64,000 nt of DNA from an uncultured Desulfospira sp. (GCA_963663165.1 OY760175.1:4960001-5024000); one strand, 5' to 3'; positions 49,552 through 59,963 are shown, numbered from the stretch's first letter. The notes: generated from the sequence alone by a model not told the origin. Numbers and translations: made by a program.

Positions 49552-50688
49552 TTATTTGATCAGGCCGTTGACCGGTTCCCAATAAGGGACAAATTTATCG
49601 CCCACTACTTTAAACGCAATGTAGGAAGAACCGGAATCTCCGTTTTCTTTAAACTTGACGTGCTTGGAAACGCCCTGGAAATCCAGCTTCATAAGTTCGG
49701 CCTTAACTTTGGCCGCGTCCGTTGTTCCGGCTGCTTTGATGGCCTTGAGCAGTGCAGTTGCCGCATCATAGGCATAGGTGGCATAGGCGGCAATTTTACC
49801 GTATTTGGGCACATACCGTTTTTCAAAGGCTTTGTATTCAGGGGTGGAGGGATCGGTATACCCGTAGGTCAGGAAAACGCCTTCAGATGCTTCTTTGGCC
49901 ACTTCCATGTACCGGGGCTGGAACACGGCATCCTGGGTCACGATCTGAGAGGTCATGCCCAGACGTTTGGCCTGGAGGGTCATCATGGCCGCAGGGGAAA
50001 ACCCTTGAAGAGACATGTAGAAGATGTCGGCATTTTTCTGTTTGGCCATGGTCAGGACAGCGGAAAAGTCTTTGTCGCCCTGGTTGACATGTTCATGGGC
50101 CACAATTTCCATGCCCATTTCTTTGGCGGCCTTTTCAACGCCGTCGGCCAGGCCCTGGGAATAGGTGGTTTTATCGTCAACAATAAAAACGGTTTTGGCC
50201 TTAAGCTGTTCTTTGAGGAATTTGGCTGCGGCGGGGGCCTGGTCGTCATCACGGCCGCACATGCGGAACATGTAGGGAAGGCCGCGGTCGGTTACCTTTT
50301 CATTGGTGGAGGCCGGGGTGATCATGATGATGTCTTCTTCATCCAGGGTTTCCGAGGCCGGGATGGTGGATGAGGAGCAGTACGCGCCGATAACACCGGA
50401 AACTTCTTCGTTGATCAGCTTGTTGGCTGCCGCAACCGCCTGCCTAGGGTCGCATGCCGTATCCTGGGGGACCAGCTGAATTTTATCGTATCCGGGGATG
50501 CCGCCCTGTTCTTCAAATACTTCAATGGCCGTCATAACCCCGTTTTTAATATCGGTCCCGTCAGATGCATAGGGACCTGTCAGGGGGCTCATGGAGCCGA
50601 TTTTCAAGGTTTTGGCATAAACCGACCCAAACAGAAAGGGAACCAGTATCAGTCCCATCACCATAGCTGAAACAACTCTTTTTTTCAT
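49552..50688 (-). CDS. Branched-chain amino acid ABC substrate-binding protein (LivJ/LivK family)
   Basis: Signal peptide, PLTGPYA, DTACDP, GAYCSS. Confidence 0.92.
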   Translation of the reverse strand: MKKRVVSAMVMGLILVPFLFGSVYAKTLKIGSMSPLTGPYASDGTDIKNGVMTAIEVFEEQGGIPGYDKIQLVPQDTACDPRQAVAAANKLINEEVSGVIGAYCSSSTIPASETLDEEDIIMITPASTNEKVTDRGLPYMFRMCGRDDDQAPAAAKFLKEQLKAKTVFIVDDKTTYSQGLADGVEKAAKEMGMEIVAHEHVNQGDKDFSAVLTMAKQKNADIFYMSLQGFSPAAMMTLQAKRLGMTSQIVTQDAVFQPRYMEVAKEASEGVFLTYGYTDPSTPEYKAFEKRYVPKYGKIAAYATYAYDAATALLKAIKAAGTTDAAKVKAELMKLDFQGVSKHVKFKENGDSGSSYIAFKVVGDKFVPYWEPVNGLIK

Positions 50689-50706
50689 CTTTTCCTCCTA
50701 AGTTAA

Positions 50707-51474
50707 TTATTGGTTGGCCGGCTGACCGAGGTAAGCTTCAATTACCTTGGGGTTGCTCTGGATTTCCTGGGAATCCCCCTCGGCTATTTTTACCCCATGA
50801 TCAACACAGACAATATGATCACACACCCCCATGACCACTTTCATGTCATGCTCCACTAGCAATACATCAATCCCCAGGTCTTTTATTCTCATAATATCAC
50901 GCATCAGCTCGGAAGATTCAGACGGGTTCATGCCGGCAGCAGGCTCATCTAACAGCAGCACCTTAGGTTCCGAGGCAATGGCCCGGGCAATCTCCAGGCG
51001 TCGCTGAAGCCCGTAGGGCAGGCTGGATGCCACGGCATCGGCAAAGGCGTCCACGCCCATGAAGGACAGGGCCTCCATGGCCTTTTCCTTGATCCGGGCC
51101 TCCTCCCGCTTCTGGGACGGGGTCCGGAAAATGGAACCCACAATCCCTTTTGAAGTCCGGCAGTGCCGGGCCACCATAGCGTTTTCCACGGCGGTCATGG
51201 CGGAAAACAGCCGGATGTTCTGAAAGGTTCTGGCAATGCCTTTTTCAAAGATCACATAAGGGCGTTTGCCCAGGATGCTTTTCCCGTCAAATACCACATC
51301 CCCTTTGGATGCCTGGTAAACCCCTGTCAGGACGTTAAAAACCGTAGTCTTTCCTGCGCCATTGGGCCCAATCAGTCCGACCACCCGGCCGTTTCCGATG
51401 GTAAAGCTCAAATCCGAAAGGGCCAGCAGTCCGCCAAATCTTACGCTGATGTTTTTCAGTTCTAATGTTGCCAT
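50707..51474 (-). CDS. livG: Branched-chain amino acid ABC transporter ATPase
   Basis: GPNGAGKT, ARTFQNIRLF, LPYGLQRRLEIARA. Confidence 0.93.
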   Translation of the reverse strand: MATLELKNISVRFGGLLALSDLSFTIGNGRVVGLIGPNGAGKTTVFNVLTGVYQASKGDVVFDGKSILGKRPYVIFEKGIARTFQNIRLFSAMTAVENAMVARHCRTSKGIVGSIFRTPSQKREEARIKEKAMEALSFMGVDAFADAVASSLPYGLQRRLEIARAIASEPKVLLLDEPAAGMNPSESSELMRDIMRIKDLGIDVLLVEHDMKVVMGVCDHIVCVDHGVKIAEGDSQEIQSNPKVIEAYLGQPANQ

Positions 51475-51821
51475 AAAAGAATTTTAATCCGTAACTTTTG
51501 CACCTGGAATCGTCGCCGCTTTCCTAATTGCGTTGCGGCCGTCAGCCGTCAAAATATTGTTCCAAATGTCTTCAGAAAACGCTCTTAAAGAGCCCCATAG
51601 CTTGATCTTAAGCTATCCCTGTAGCCCATCTGCTTTTCATTGTCAATAACAAACCCGGGCGGTTTTATCCCCAAATCACTGGAAAACCGGGTGGCACCGG
51701 GTCAAAAAAATTATAATGGTCCAACCATCTGCACCCGCTTTGCGTAAATATCCGTTTCCTTTTTTGGTTAAATTATAGAGAACGGATGATGTCGGATTCC
51801 TCCGGACATGATCAACATATC

Positions 51822-51837
51822 AGCAAACCCAGTGCCA
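51822..51837 (-). promoter_or_regulatory. Sigma54 promoter of the liv operon
   Basis: Minus strand TGGCAC-TGGGT-TTGCT with exact -24/-12 spacing. Confidence 0.75.
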
Positions 51838-52206
51838 GGCAAAATAGTTTTTTTAAATTTTAATATAAAGCTTTGAATTTTAAGTGAGTTAATTTAAACC
51901 GGAATTTTGGTGAAAAAATACCACAGGAATGAAGGAAATATAAACAAACAAAAATGTAAAATTAAATTTGTCGGATAAAGACATTTTTGAAATAAAAAAT
52001 TCGTGTGATACATGATCGGCATTGCTGGGCACTGAAAAGAAGGCGTGAAAAATAATTTTGATCACGTTTTTGTGTTTTTAGCGTGGGTCTTGCCGTGAAC
52101 GGCTGGTGTTTTAGCGTGTTGCGGCATAAGTGTAGCGAAAGTTAAATTTTTGCTTTACATTTGCATTGACATTGAATTATTCTGGGACAAAACAGGAGAT
52201 TTGAAT

Positions 52207-52842
52207 ATGCAGCCCCGGTTAACCCCCAAGCAGGAGACCGTGCTGGCCTATCTGAAGCAGGCCATTAAAAAAAACGGCACCACCCCCAGCCTTAGAAGTG
52301 CCGCCGCAGACCTTTCCATCAGCCACGCGGCCGTGGCCCAGATCCTCAAGACCCTGGAAGACAAGGGGCATATCCGGCGGGAGGGCCGGTATTCCAGGTC
52401 CATCCATATCCTTGCCCGGGCCGGAAGCCTGGATGCGGTTCACCGGCACAAGCAGATTCCCATCATCGGCCATATCACCGCCGGGCTGCCCATGTATGCC
52501 CAGCAGGAATGGGAGGGCAGTCTCCTGGTGGATGACGCCGTATATCCGGGGCCGGACCTGTTTGCCTTGAAAATCCATGGGTCATCCATGAAAAACGCCG
52601 GGATACTGGATCAGGATATCGCAGTCTGCCGTCCCCGGCAGTACGCCCGGGACCGGGAGATTGTTGTGGCCCTGATCCGCAATGAAGAGGCCACGGTAAA
52701 GCGATTTTTCCTCCATGGAGAAACCATTGAGCTGCGGCCGGAAAATCCGGATTTCCAGCCCCGGTTTTACGATTTTGACGAAATTTTGATACAGGGAAAG
52801 GTAATCGGTATTATCCGGCCGCCCCAGGGAATGGTGCCATGA
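52207..52842 (+). CDS. lexA: LexA repressor
   Basis: LTPKQ, PSLR, cleavage site TAGLP, catalytic GSSM and ATVKR. Confidence 0.93.
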   Translation: MQPRLTPKQETVLAYLKQAIKKNGTTPSLRSAAADLSISHAAVAQILKTLEDKGHIRREGRYSRSIHILARAGSLDAVHRHKQIPIIGHITAGLPMYAQQEWEGSLLVDDAVYPGPDLFALKIHGSSMKNAGILDQDIAVCRPRQYARDREIVVALIRNEEATVKRFFLHGETIELRPENPDFQPRFYDFDEILIQGKVIGIIRPPQGMVP

Positions 52843-53669
52843 GTTTTGAAAGAGACCTTAACACCAGCTGCGAACTTCTGGTGGGAACCAGCGGGTATTC
52901 CTACTCTGAATGGGTGGATGCCGGGTTTTATCCTGCCGGGACCCATTCGGCTGACATGCTTTCCCGGTATGCCGCGGTATTTAAGGTAACCGAGCTTAAC
53001 TTCACCTGGTACCAGATGCCCAAGGCCCCGGCCATGGAACGTATGGCTGCCCGGGTGGCGGAAGGATTCCAATTCGCTGTTAAACTGACCCGGACCCTGA
53101 CCCATGAAATCCGTCAGGATCAGTGGCAGGGCCAGGCCAGGGAATTCTGCCAGGGGATAGAACCGTTAAAAGAGGCGGGAATGCTGTTGTGCGTTCTGAT
53201 TCAGTTTCCGCCGTATTTTAAGCGAACTGTTGATTCCCGCCGGTACCTGGCCCTCCTTCTGGATGAATTGGCCAGAACCGCTGACGTGTCCCTGGCTGTG
53301 GAATTCCGCCACCATTCCTGGGTCAATGACCGGGTATTTGTCGAATTTGAACGGCGCAGGATATCCCTGGTTACCGTGGATGAGCCGGACCTGCCCTATT
53401 TGTTTCCCCGGCTTGCCGTGGTCACCAGCCCGGATTTGTTTTACGTGCGTTTTCACGGCAGAAATCGCAACGGGTGGGGATCGGGCAGCATGCAGCAGCA
53501 GTTCGACTACCATTATTCAGAACCGGAGCTGGCAGAGTGGGCCGCTTTTGTTCAACAAAACATGGCGCCGGCAGCCCGTCAGGGGGTTTTATTTTTCAAC
53601 AACCACGTGCGGGGGCAGGCCCCGGCCAATGCACAAACGTTAAATAAGCTTTTAGCCGTTAGCGATTAG
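52839..53669 (+). CDS. DUF72 (YecE-like) protein
   Basis: VGTSGYSYSEW, ELNFTWY, QFPP, VEFRH, YVRFHGRN, FFNNH. Confidence 0.92.
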   Translation: MSFERDLNTSCELLVGTSGYSYSEWVDAGFYPAGTHSADMLSRYAAVFKVTELNFTWYQMPKAPAMERMAARVAEGFQFAVKLTRTLTHEIRQDQWQGQAREFCQGIEPLKEAGMLLCVLIQFPPYFKRTVDSRRYLALLLDELARTADVSLAVEFRHHSWVNDRVFVEFERRRISLVTVDEPDLPYLFPRLAVVTSPDLFYVRFHGRNRNGWGSGSMQQQFDYHYSEPELAEWAAFVQQNMAPAARQGVLFFNNHVRGQAPANAQTLNKLLAVSD

Positions 53670-53714
53670 CCATTAGCTTGGGGTGTCCTGCTAACAGCTT
53701 TCGCGAGAACCATC

Positions 53715-54914
53715 ATGGAACGGTCCATCATCCACCTGAACATTGCCGATTTTGCCGCAGCCGTAGAAACCCGGATGTCCCCGGGGCTTACCGGCTTCCC
53801 CCTGATCATCGCCCCTGCCGGAACGGCCCGGGCCGTTGTGTTTGACATGAACAACAAGGCTTTTGAGGAAGGGGTCAGAAAAGGCATGCCCCTGGTCCGG
53901 GCCTGCCGCCTGGTTTCCGGGGCTAAAGTCCTGCCGCCCCGGTTCAACCGGTATGGACAGGTCATGAGACAGATTGCCGGCAAGGCCCTGGCCTACACCC
54001 CTAAAGTGGAGCCGGGCCGGGAGGACGGCCACATTTTCCTGGATGTCACTGGCACCTCCAGGCTTTTCGGCCCGGCCGTGGATGTGGCCTTTCGCCTGAA
54101 AAAAACCGTTAAAAAAGACCTGGGCCTGGATCCTATCTGGTCCCTGGCCACCAGCAAGACCGTGGCCAAGGTGGCCACCCGCCTGGTCAAGCCCGTTGGG
54201 GAATACATTGTGGGGGCCGGAGAGGAGGAGGGGTTTTTATCCCCATTGCCTCTTTGTCTGATTCCCGGGCTTAAGCAGGATGAGCTTTCCCTCCTTAAAT
54301 CCTTTAATTTGTCAACGGTTGACGGGCTTAAGGGGCTAAGCCTGTCACAGCTGGAGGTTCCGTTCCCCGGCAGATCACGGATGGTTCATGACCTGCTTCG
54401 GGGCGTAGATCCCGCCCCGGTATTGCCGGATCAAATGGGGGCCGGAAACCGGGTCCGGGCCGGCCGGGAATTTGCCCGGGATACCAATGACCAGGAGGTG
54501 ATTAAGGCTGGTCTTTACGCTTTGGTAGAAGAGATCTGCATATCCCTTCGGCAGCAGGGACTGGTGATAAAATCCTTTCGCATTGTCCTGTCCCATTCCG
54601 ACGGAATTCAATGTTCCGCCAAAGGGAAGCTGACCCCGTGGGGGGATGCCGAGTCCGCCGTATTCAAGGCCTGCACCCGGATTCTGGCCCGGGCATGGAC
54701 CCGGCGGGTAAGGGTCCGCCATATGGAACTGATCTGTGAAAAGGCGATTTCCCCGGCCTTGCAGGGAGACCTGTTCGGTGAGCTGCCGGGCAAAAAACAG
54801 CTGGAACGGCAGGCCCGGCTGGCCCAAACCCTGGATAAAATCCGGGACAAATTCGGCCCTGGCGCTGTGAGGCCGGGGTTGGCGCTGGCGGGGGATGACG
54901 GCACCCCACGATGA
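53715..54914 (+). CDS. Y-family polymerase-like protein, probably catalytically inactive (ImuB-like)
   Basis: HLNIADFAAAVE in place of HxDMDAFYASVE; no SxDE motif; clamp-binding-like QGDLF. Confidence 0.85.
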   Translation: MERSIIHLNIADFAAAVETRMSPGLTGFPLIIAPAGTARAVVFDMNNKAFEEGVRKGMPLVRACRLVSGAKVLPPRFNRYGQVMRQIAGKALAYTPKVEPGREDGHIFLDVTGTSRLFGPAVDVAFRLKKTVKKDLGLDPIWSLATSKTVAKVATRLVKPVGEYIVGAGEEEGFLSPLPLCLIPGLKQDELSLLKSFNLSTVDGLKGLSLSQLEVPFPGRSRMVHDLLRGVDPAPVLPDQMGAGNRVRAGREFARDTNDQEVIKAGLYALVEEICISLRQQGLVIKSFRIVLSHSDGIQCSAKGKLTPWGDAESAVFKACTRILARAWTRRVRVRHMELICEKAISPALQGDLFGELPGKKQLERQARLAQTLDKIRDKFGPGAVRPGLALAGDDGTPR

Positions 54915-57900
54915 TCCCCCTGAGCCTGAGATCCCATTATTCCCTCATGTGGGGAGTTCCGTCGATCAAGGAACTGTGCCGGCATGGGGCCGCCCTGGGG
55001 TATCGCCGCATGGCCCTGACCGATACGGATAACCTTTACGGCATGTGGGATTTTATTGCGGAATGCCGGTATAACGGTATTTCGCCCATTATCGGGGCTG
55101 AGGTCACGGACCCGGTTGAATCCCACAGGGCGGTCTGCCTGGTTAAAAACAGCCAGGGCTTTACCGGGCTGTGCCAGTTGCTGACCCGGCGCCACAGGGA
55201 TGAATCCTTTAATTTAAAACAACGCCTTCCCGAATTTTCCCAGGGGTTGCTGGTGCTGACCAAATCCCCGGAGCTGTTACGGTTCTTTCACAGTCATGAA
55301 GTGGATCTGGCCGCCTTTATGCCCCGGTGTCCGTCCGCCGGCCACCGGGACCTGATGGGGCTTTCCCGTAAACTTGGGCTGCCCGTGACGGCCGGGCCGG
55401 GCAGTTTTTTTCTCCACCCTGGAGATGCGGCGCTGCATGCCATGCGCCGGGCCATCGACCGGAATACCTGTGTAAGCCGCCTTGCCCCAGGCCAGGTCGC
55501 GCCGGACAATGCCTTTTGGGGTCCTGCCGGGCTTTATGAACAGCGGTTCTCGGCATTCCCACAGGTCCTGGAAACCAGCCGAAAGCTTGCGGAAAAGCTG
55601 GAATTTGAAGGGCCTGATTTTGGCATTGTCATGCCCCCGTGGCCCAAAGAGACCTGCCCGGCCCATGAGGTCCTGCGAAGAAAAACCCTGGAAGGGGCTG
55701 CCAAACGATATAAAACCCCGCTTGAGCCCCGGGTTGTCCAAAGGATCGACCATGAGCTGAACATTATCCAGCAGAAAAATTTTTGCTCCTATTTTTTAAC
55801 GGTCCAGGACATTGTGTCCGGGGCCTCCCGGATCTGCGGCCGGGGGTCCGGGGCAGCATCTCTTGTGGCCTACTGCCTGGGGATCACCAATGTCTGTCCC
55901 TTGAAACACGATCTGTACTTTGAACGGTTTCTTAACCCGGATCGAAAAGATCCGCCGGATATTGACGTTGATTTCGCCTGGGATGAACGGGACGACCTTC
56001 TGGAGCAGGTTCTGAACCGGTTTAAAGGGCACAGCGCCATGGTGTCAAGCCATATTCTGTTCCAGCCCCGGATGGCGGTCCGGGAGGTTGCCCGGGTTTT
56101 CGGCCTGCCTGACCGGGAAATTTCAAAAGTTTCCAAACGGATGCCCTGGTTCTGGAATCAGGATATGGTAGGCCTGGATCTGCTGGAATTTATTAAAAAA
56201 GATCCTAAATTTAAATTTACGGATTTTCCTGAACCCTGGCCAGAGATCATGGCCCATGCAAGGGCCCTTGTGGGAAGCCCCCGGCATTTGTCTGTCCATC
56301 CCGGCGGTGTGGTGATCACGCCTTCTCCCATTGACCATTATGTGCCCATTGAAACCGCGCCCAAGGGCATTGCCCTGATGCAGTGGGACAAGGACGGGGC
56401 GGAAACCGCCGGCTTAGTCAAGATCGATCTTCTGGGCAACCGGAGCTTAGGCGTGATCCGGGATGCGGTGGAAAGCATCCGGGTATCTGCCGGAAAATTT
56501 GACGATTTTGAGCAGATAGACCCGGAAGATGATCCCAAAACCCAGGAAACCGTGGCTGACGGCCGAACCATGGGCTGTTTTTATATCGAAAGCCCGGCCA
56601 CCCGCCTGCTCCAGAAAAAATCAAAGGTCGGGGATTTTAACCATGTGGTCATTCATTCCTCGATTATCCGGCCGGCGGCCAACGACTATATCAAGCTTTA
56701 CCTTGAGCGGCTCCACACCGGGGTTTGGGACCCTATCCACCCTCTGATCGGGGATCTTTTAGACGAGACTTTCGGCATCATGGTTTATCAGGAGGACGTT
56801 TCGAGGGTGGCGGTCCGCATGGCCGGGTTTGGCCATGCCAAAGCAGACGGTCTGCGCAAGATCATGTCCAAAAAGGACAAGACCCGGGAGCTGGCCGATT
56901 TTTACCGGCAGTTTGAGCTGGGCGCGGCCCGAAAAGGGGCCGGTCTCAAGGATATTCAGACGGTCTGGAACATGATTGTAAGTTTTTCCGGTTATTCCTT
57001 TTGCAAGCCCCATTCCGCCTCCTATGCAAGGGTTTCTTTTCAGGCGGCCTATTTGAAAACCCATTACCCGGCCCCGTTCATGGCCGCTGTTATCAGCAAT
57101 CAGGGCGGGTTTTATTCCACCTTTGCCTATGTGTCCGAGGCCCGTCGGGCAGGACTGGCCATTCTGGGGCCGGACGTCCAGGAAAGCAAAATCCGGTGGG
57201 AAGGAAAAGGCCGGAACCTGAGGGTGGGGCTGATGGCGGTAAAGGGGCTTGGCCGGGAGACCATGAACCGGATTATAACGGAGCGGGATAAAAGCGCTTT
57301 CACAGACCTGGAGGATTTCTTAAGCCGGGTTGGGCCCCGGAAAGATGAGATAACGGCCCTGATTCACAGCGGCTGCCTGGACCGGTTTGGCATGGAAAAG
57401 GGCCGGGGAGCGCTGTTATGGGCATCGGCCTGCCGGGCCAGGCCGGGTAAAACAAAACAGGTTAGGCCCTTTGAGCCCTCTTTGTTTGATGTTGCGGCAA
57501 TGGCGCCGGATCCGCCTGAACTTCCGCCGGACAACCCCATGGACCGGTTCAGGCAGGAATTCGGGGTGCTGGGGTTTTTATGCGCCTGTCATCCCATGGT
57601 TCTTTACAGGGAAGTTATTGAAAAGGAAAATTCAATTAAAGCTGACCAGCTGCCCGCCTGTGTGGGTCGGCAGGTGGTGTTTGCCGGATGGCTGATTTCC
57701 GGTAAGACCGTTCAGACCAAACAGGGGGAGCCCATGAAATTTCTTACCTTTGAAGATGAAACCGGCCTGGTTGAAACCGTGTTTTTTCCCCAACCCTATG
57801 TCCGGTTCTGCCACATGCTGACCTATGGCCGCCCGTATTTTCTCAAGGGAAAGGTCGAATCCGACTGGGGAGCCGTGACCCTGACCGTTTCTGTGACCTG

Positions 57901-57940
57901 GCCGGTTCCCGCCGGCAGGGATAAAAATTCAAAAATGTAG
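54911..57940 (+). CDS. dnaE2: Error-prone DNA polymerase III alpha subunit
   Basis: PHP domain, GRGSGAAS, PPDIDVDF, HLSVHPGG, YSFCKPH; 1009 aa ending after the OB fold; cassette context. Confidence 0.88.
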   Translation: MIPLSLRSHYSLMWGVPSIKELCRHGAALGYRRMALTDTDNLYGMWDFIAECRYNGISPIIGAEVTDPVESHRAVCLVKNSQGFTGLCQLLTRRHRDESFNLKQRLPEFSQGLLVLTKSPELLRFFHSHEVDLAAFMPRCPSAGHRDLMGLSRKLGLPVTAGPGSFFLHPGDAALHAMRRAIDRNTCVSRLAPGQVAPDNAFWGPAGLYEQRFSAFPQVLETSRKLAEKLEFEGPDFGIVMPPWPKETCPAHEVLRRKTLEGAAKRYKTPLEPRVVQRIDHELNIIQQKNFCSYFLTVQDIVSGASRICGRGSGAASLVAYCLGITNVCPLKHDLYFERFLNPDRKDPPDIDVDFAWDERDDLLEQVLNRFKGHSAMVSSHILFQPRMAVREVARVFGLPDREISKVSKRMPWFWNQDMVGLDLLEFIKKDPKFKFTDFPEPWPEIMAHARALVGSPRHLSVHPGGVVITPSPIDHYVPIETAPKGIALMQWDKDGAETAGLVKIDLLGNRSLGVIRDAVESIRVSAGKFDDFEQIDPEDDPKTQETVADGRTMGCFYIESPATRLLQKKSKVGDFNHVVIHSSIIRPAANDYIKLYLERLHTGVWDPIHPLIGDLLDETFGIMVYQEDVSRVAVRMAGFGHAKADGLRKIMSKKDKTRELADFYRQFELGAARKGAGLKDIQTVWNMIVSFSGYSFCKPHSASYARVSFQAAYLKTHYPAPFMAAVISNQGGFYSTFAYVSEARRAGLAILGPDVQESKIRWEGKGRNLRVGLMAVKGLGRETMNRIITERDKSAFTDLEDFLSRVGPRKDEITALIHSGCLDRFGMEKGRGALLWASACRARPGKTKQVRPFEPSLFDVAAMAPDPPELPPDNPMDRFRQEFGVLGFLCACHPMVLYREVIEKENSIKADQLPACVGRQVVFAGWLISGKTVQTKQGEPMKFLTFEDETGLVETVFFPQPYVRFCHMLTYGRPYFLKGKVESDWGAVTLTVSVTWPVPAGRDKNSKM

Positions 57941-58218
57941 ATTCCATGCCAACCCCAAAATCCGTTTGGGGCAGGCGAAATTATGGTATTGGCCGGGCAT
58001 TATGGCTATGGTGCAGGGGAAGGTCTGGAAATTTCACCATGGAGAATAAAAAAATATATTTTATTACAAAAACGTATTGGCAGTTCCGGTAGAAATGCAC
58101 ATTTTTGAAATTAAATTCACGAATTTTTGCTCATTCGATGGATTTAAGAATGGGGGTGCAAATTGAAAAATTGTATTTTCAAATGGTTAGGATGTTATAG
58201 GCCATATTTTGATGTTCA

Positions 58219-58234
58219 TGGCACATCATTTGCT
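58219..58234 (+). promoter_or_regulatory. Sigma54 promoter of amtB
   Basis: TGGCAC-ATCAT-TTGCT with exact -24/-12 spacing. Confidence 0.8.
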
Positions 58235-58417
58235 AGTTCTTGACAAAGGTATGTTCCACGAAAAAACAAAATTGGAAGGTGTCCGTACGCTGATTTTAGT
58301 TTGCCTGGGATAAGATGGCCGGGGTTTGGCAGCCGGCAGTTCCGGGCAGGTTTTAGGCAAATTATCTGAACACGGGCAGTTTTCACAAACCAGGAGACAA
58401 GAGTGAGGAAAAAAAGC

Positions 58418-59713
58418 ATGAAACTGAAACAGAGCCTGATGACCCTTGTAGTTTTACTGTTCAACGCAGTACCCCTTTTTGCAGCCGATGCCGCCCTGGA
58501 TTCCGGGGATACGGCCTGGGTGACCATTTCAACGGCCCTGGTCATGATGATGACCCCTGCAGGGCTCGCCCTTTTTTACGGCGGCATGTCCCGGTACAAA
58601 AACGTTTTGAATACCATGGCCATGACCCTGGTAGCTTACTGCCTGGCATCCGTGGTCTGGGTGGGATGGGGATACTCCCTGGCATTCGGCGAAAGTGAAA
58701 CCCTGCTCATCGGCAATTTAAAGCATTTCATGCTCGGCGGCATAACTACCGCTTCCCTTTCCGGAACCATCCCGACCTTAATCTTTGTCCTGTTCCAGAT
58801 GACCTTTGCCTGTATTTCCGTGGCCATTATCCTGGGGGCGGCCGTTGACCGGATGAAATTTTCTTCCTGGATCATCTTCTCTGTCCTTTGGATAACCTTT
58901 GTCTACGCGCCGGTATGCAACTGGGTCTGGGGCGGTGGGTGGATGCACAAAATGGGCGCACTGGATTTTGCCGGCGGAAATGTGGTGCATATTAATGCCG
59001 GGGTTTCCGGCCTGGTCCTGGCCCTGACCCTGGGCAAACGCAAAGGGTATGGCAAAGAGGCCATGATCCCTTCGAGTGTGACCTTTACAGCCCTTGGCGC
59101 CGCCCTGCTCTGGTTTGGGTGGTTCGGTTTTAACGCCGGGTCCGAACTGGCTGCGGACGGTGTGGCGGCTTCAGCGTTTATGGTTACCAATACAGCTGCC
59201 TCTGCTGCAGGCCTTGCCTGGCTTTTTATTGAATGGAGCATCAGCAAAAAACCCACCCTGCTGGGGCTTGCTTCAGGCGCCATTGCAGGGCTTGTGGGCA
59301 TTACACCGGCCGCCGGGTTTGTCACGCTTGGCGGGGCCCTGGTTATCGGGATTGTGGCTGGTGGTGTGGGATATTATGGTGTGGCCGTCCTCAAGCACAA
59401 ACTGGGATATGACGATTCCCTGGATGCATTTGGTATCCACGGCCTGTGCGGTATCTGGGGTGCCCTGGCCACGGGGCTTTTTGCCTCCCCGTCGGTTACC
59501 GAAGGTGCCGCAGGTCTTTTTTACGGCAATCCCGGACAGGTCTGGACCCAGTTGGTTTCCATCGTTGCCACCATTGCCTTCAGTGCCATTGCCACCCTCA
59601 TTGTCGTGTCTATTACCCGGATTCTCACCGGCGGCTTAAGGGTTGAAAAAGAAGACGAGCTCAGGGGTCTTGATAATGCCCTGCATGGGGAACGGGCCTT
59701 TGAAATTGAATAG
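58418..59713 (+). CDS. amtB: Ammonium transporter
   Basis: GLALFYGG, FQMTFA, DFAGGNVVH, WFGWFGFNAGS, DDSLDAFGIHG. Confidence 0.97.
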   Translation: MKLKQSLMTLVVLLFNAVPLFAADAALDSGDTAWVTISTALVMMMTPAGLALFYGGMSRYKNVLNTMAMTLVAYCLASVVWVGWGYSLAFGESETLLIGNLKHFMLGGITTASLSGTIPTLIFVLFQMTFACISVAIILGAAVDRMKFSSWIIFSVLWITFVYAPVCNWVWGGGWMHKMGALDFAGGNVVHINAGVSGLVLALTLGKRKGYGKEAMIPSSVTFTALGAALLWFGWFGFNAGSELAADGVAASAFMVTNTAASAAGLAWLFIEWSISKKPTLLGLASGAIAGLVGITPAAGFVTLGGALVIGIVAGGVGYYGVAVLKHKLGYDDSLDAFGIHGLCGIWGALATGLFASPSVTEGAAGLFYGNPGQVWTQLVSIVATIAFSAIATLIVVSITRILTGGLRVEKEDELRGLDNALHGERAFEIE

Positions 59714-59788
59714 TTGTTTGAACGAACAGTTGCCCGCCTGCTGTGCTGCAGAAAAATTTGCATATAGGGCAGCTGTTCGTCCCAACAC
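59714..59788 (+). repeat. Internally deleted copy of the 125-bp element
   Basis: TGTTTGAACGAACA..CTGTTCGTCCCAACAC ends. Confidence 0.7.
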
Positions 59789-59899
59789 CGGTTTTGGTCA
59801 GGGCAGTAAATTTTATAAGAAACTGGAGACAAGAAACAAGAGACAAGAGGGCGAAGCACCTGCGGTGCCCAATTTATAGTCTACCGTTGCTGGTATCTT

Positions 59900-59963
59900 C
59901 AGTTTCATTATTCGTTGTGGACGGTGCTTGGTTGGATAATCCAAGCCGTCCGTGACGGTTATA
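59900..59963 (-). repeat. Unit A plus left end of unit B, minus strand
   Basis: 59914-59963 is the exact reverse complement of 60739-60788. Confidence 0.9.

Noticed and set aside
49471..50373. Long antisense ORFs (also 11681-12802, 32042-33052 and many shorter ones)
   Set aside because: Shadow frames of well-supported genes on the opposite strand, with no recognisable motifs.
57936..57952. Minus-strand sigma54 promoter TTGGCATGGAATCTAC
   Set aside because: It has the -24 element only, lacks TTGC at -12, and points antisense into dnaE2.
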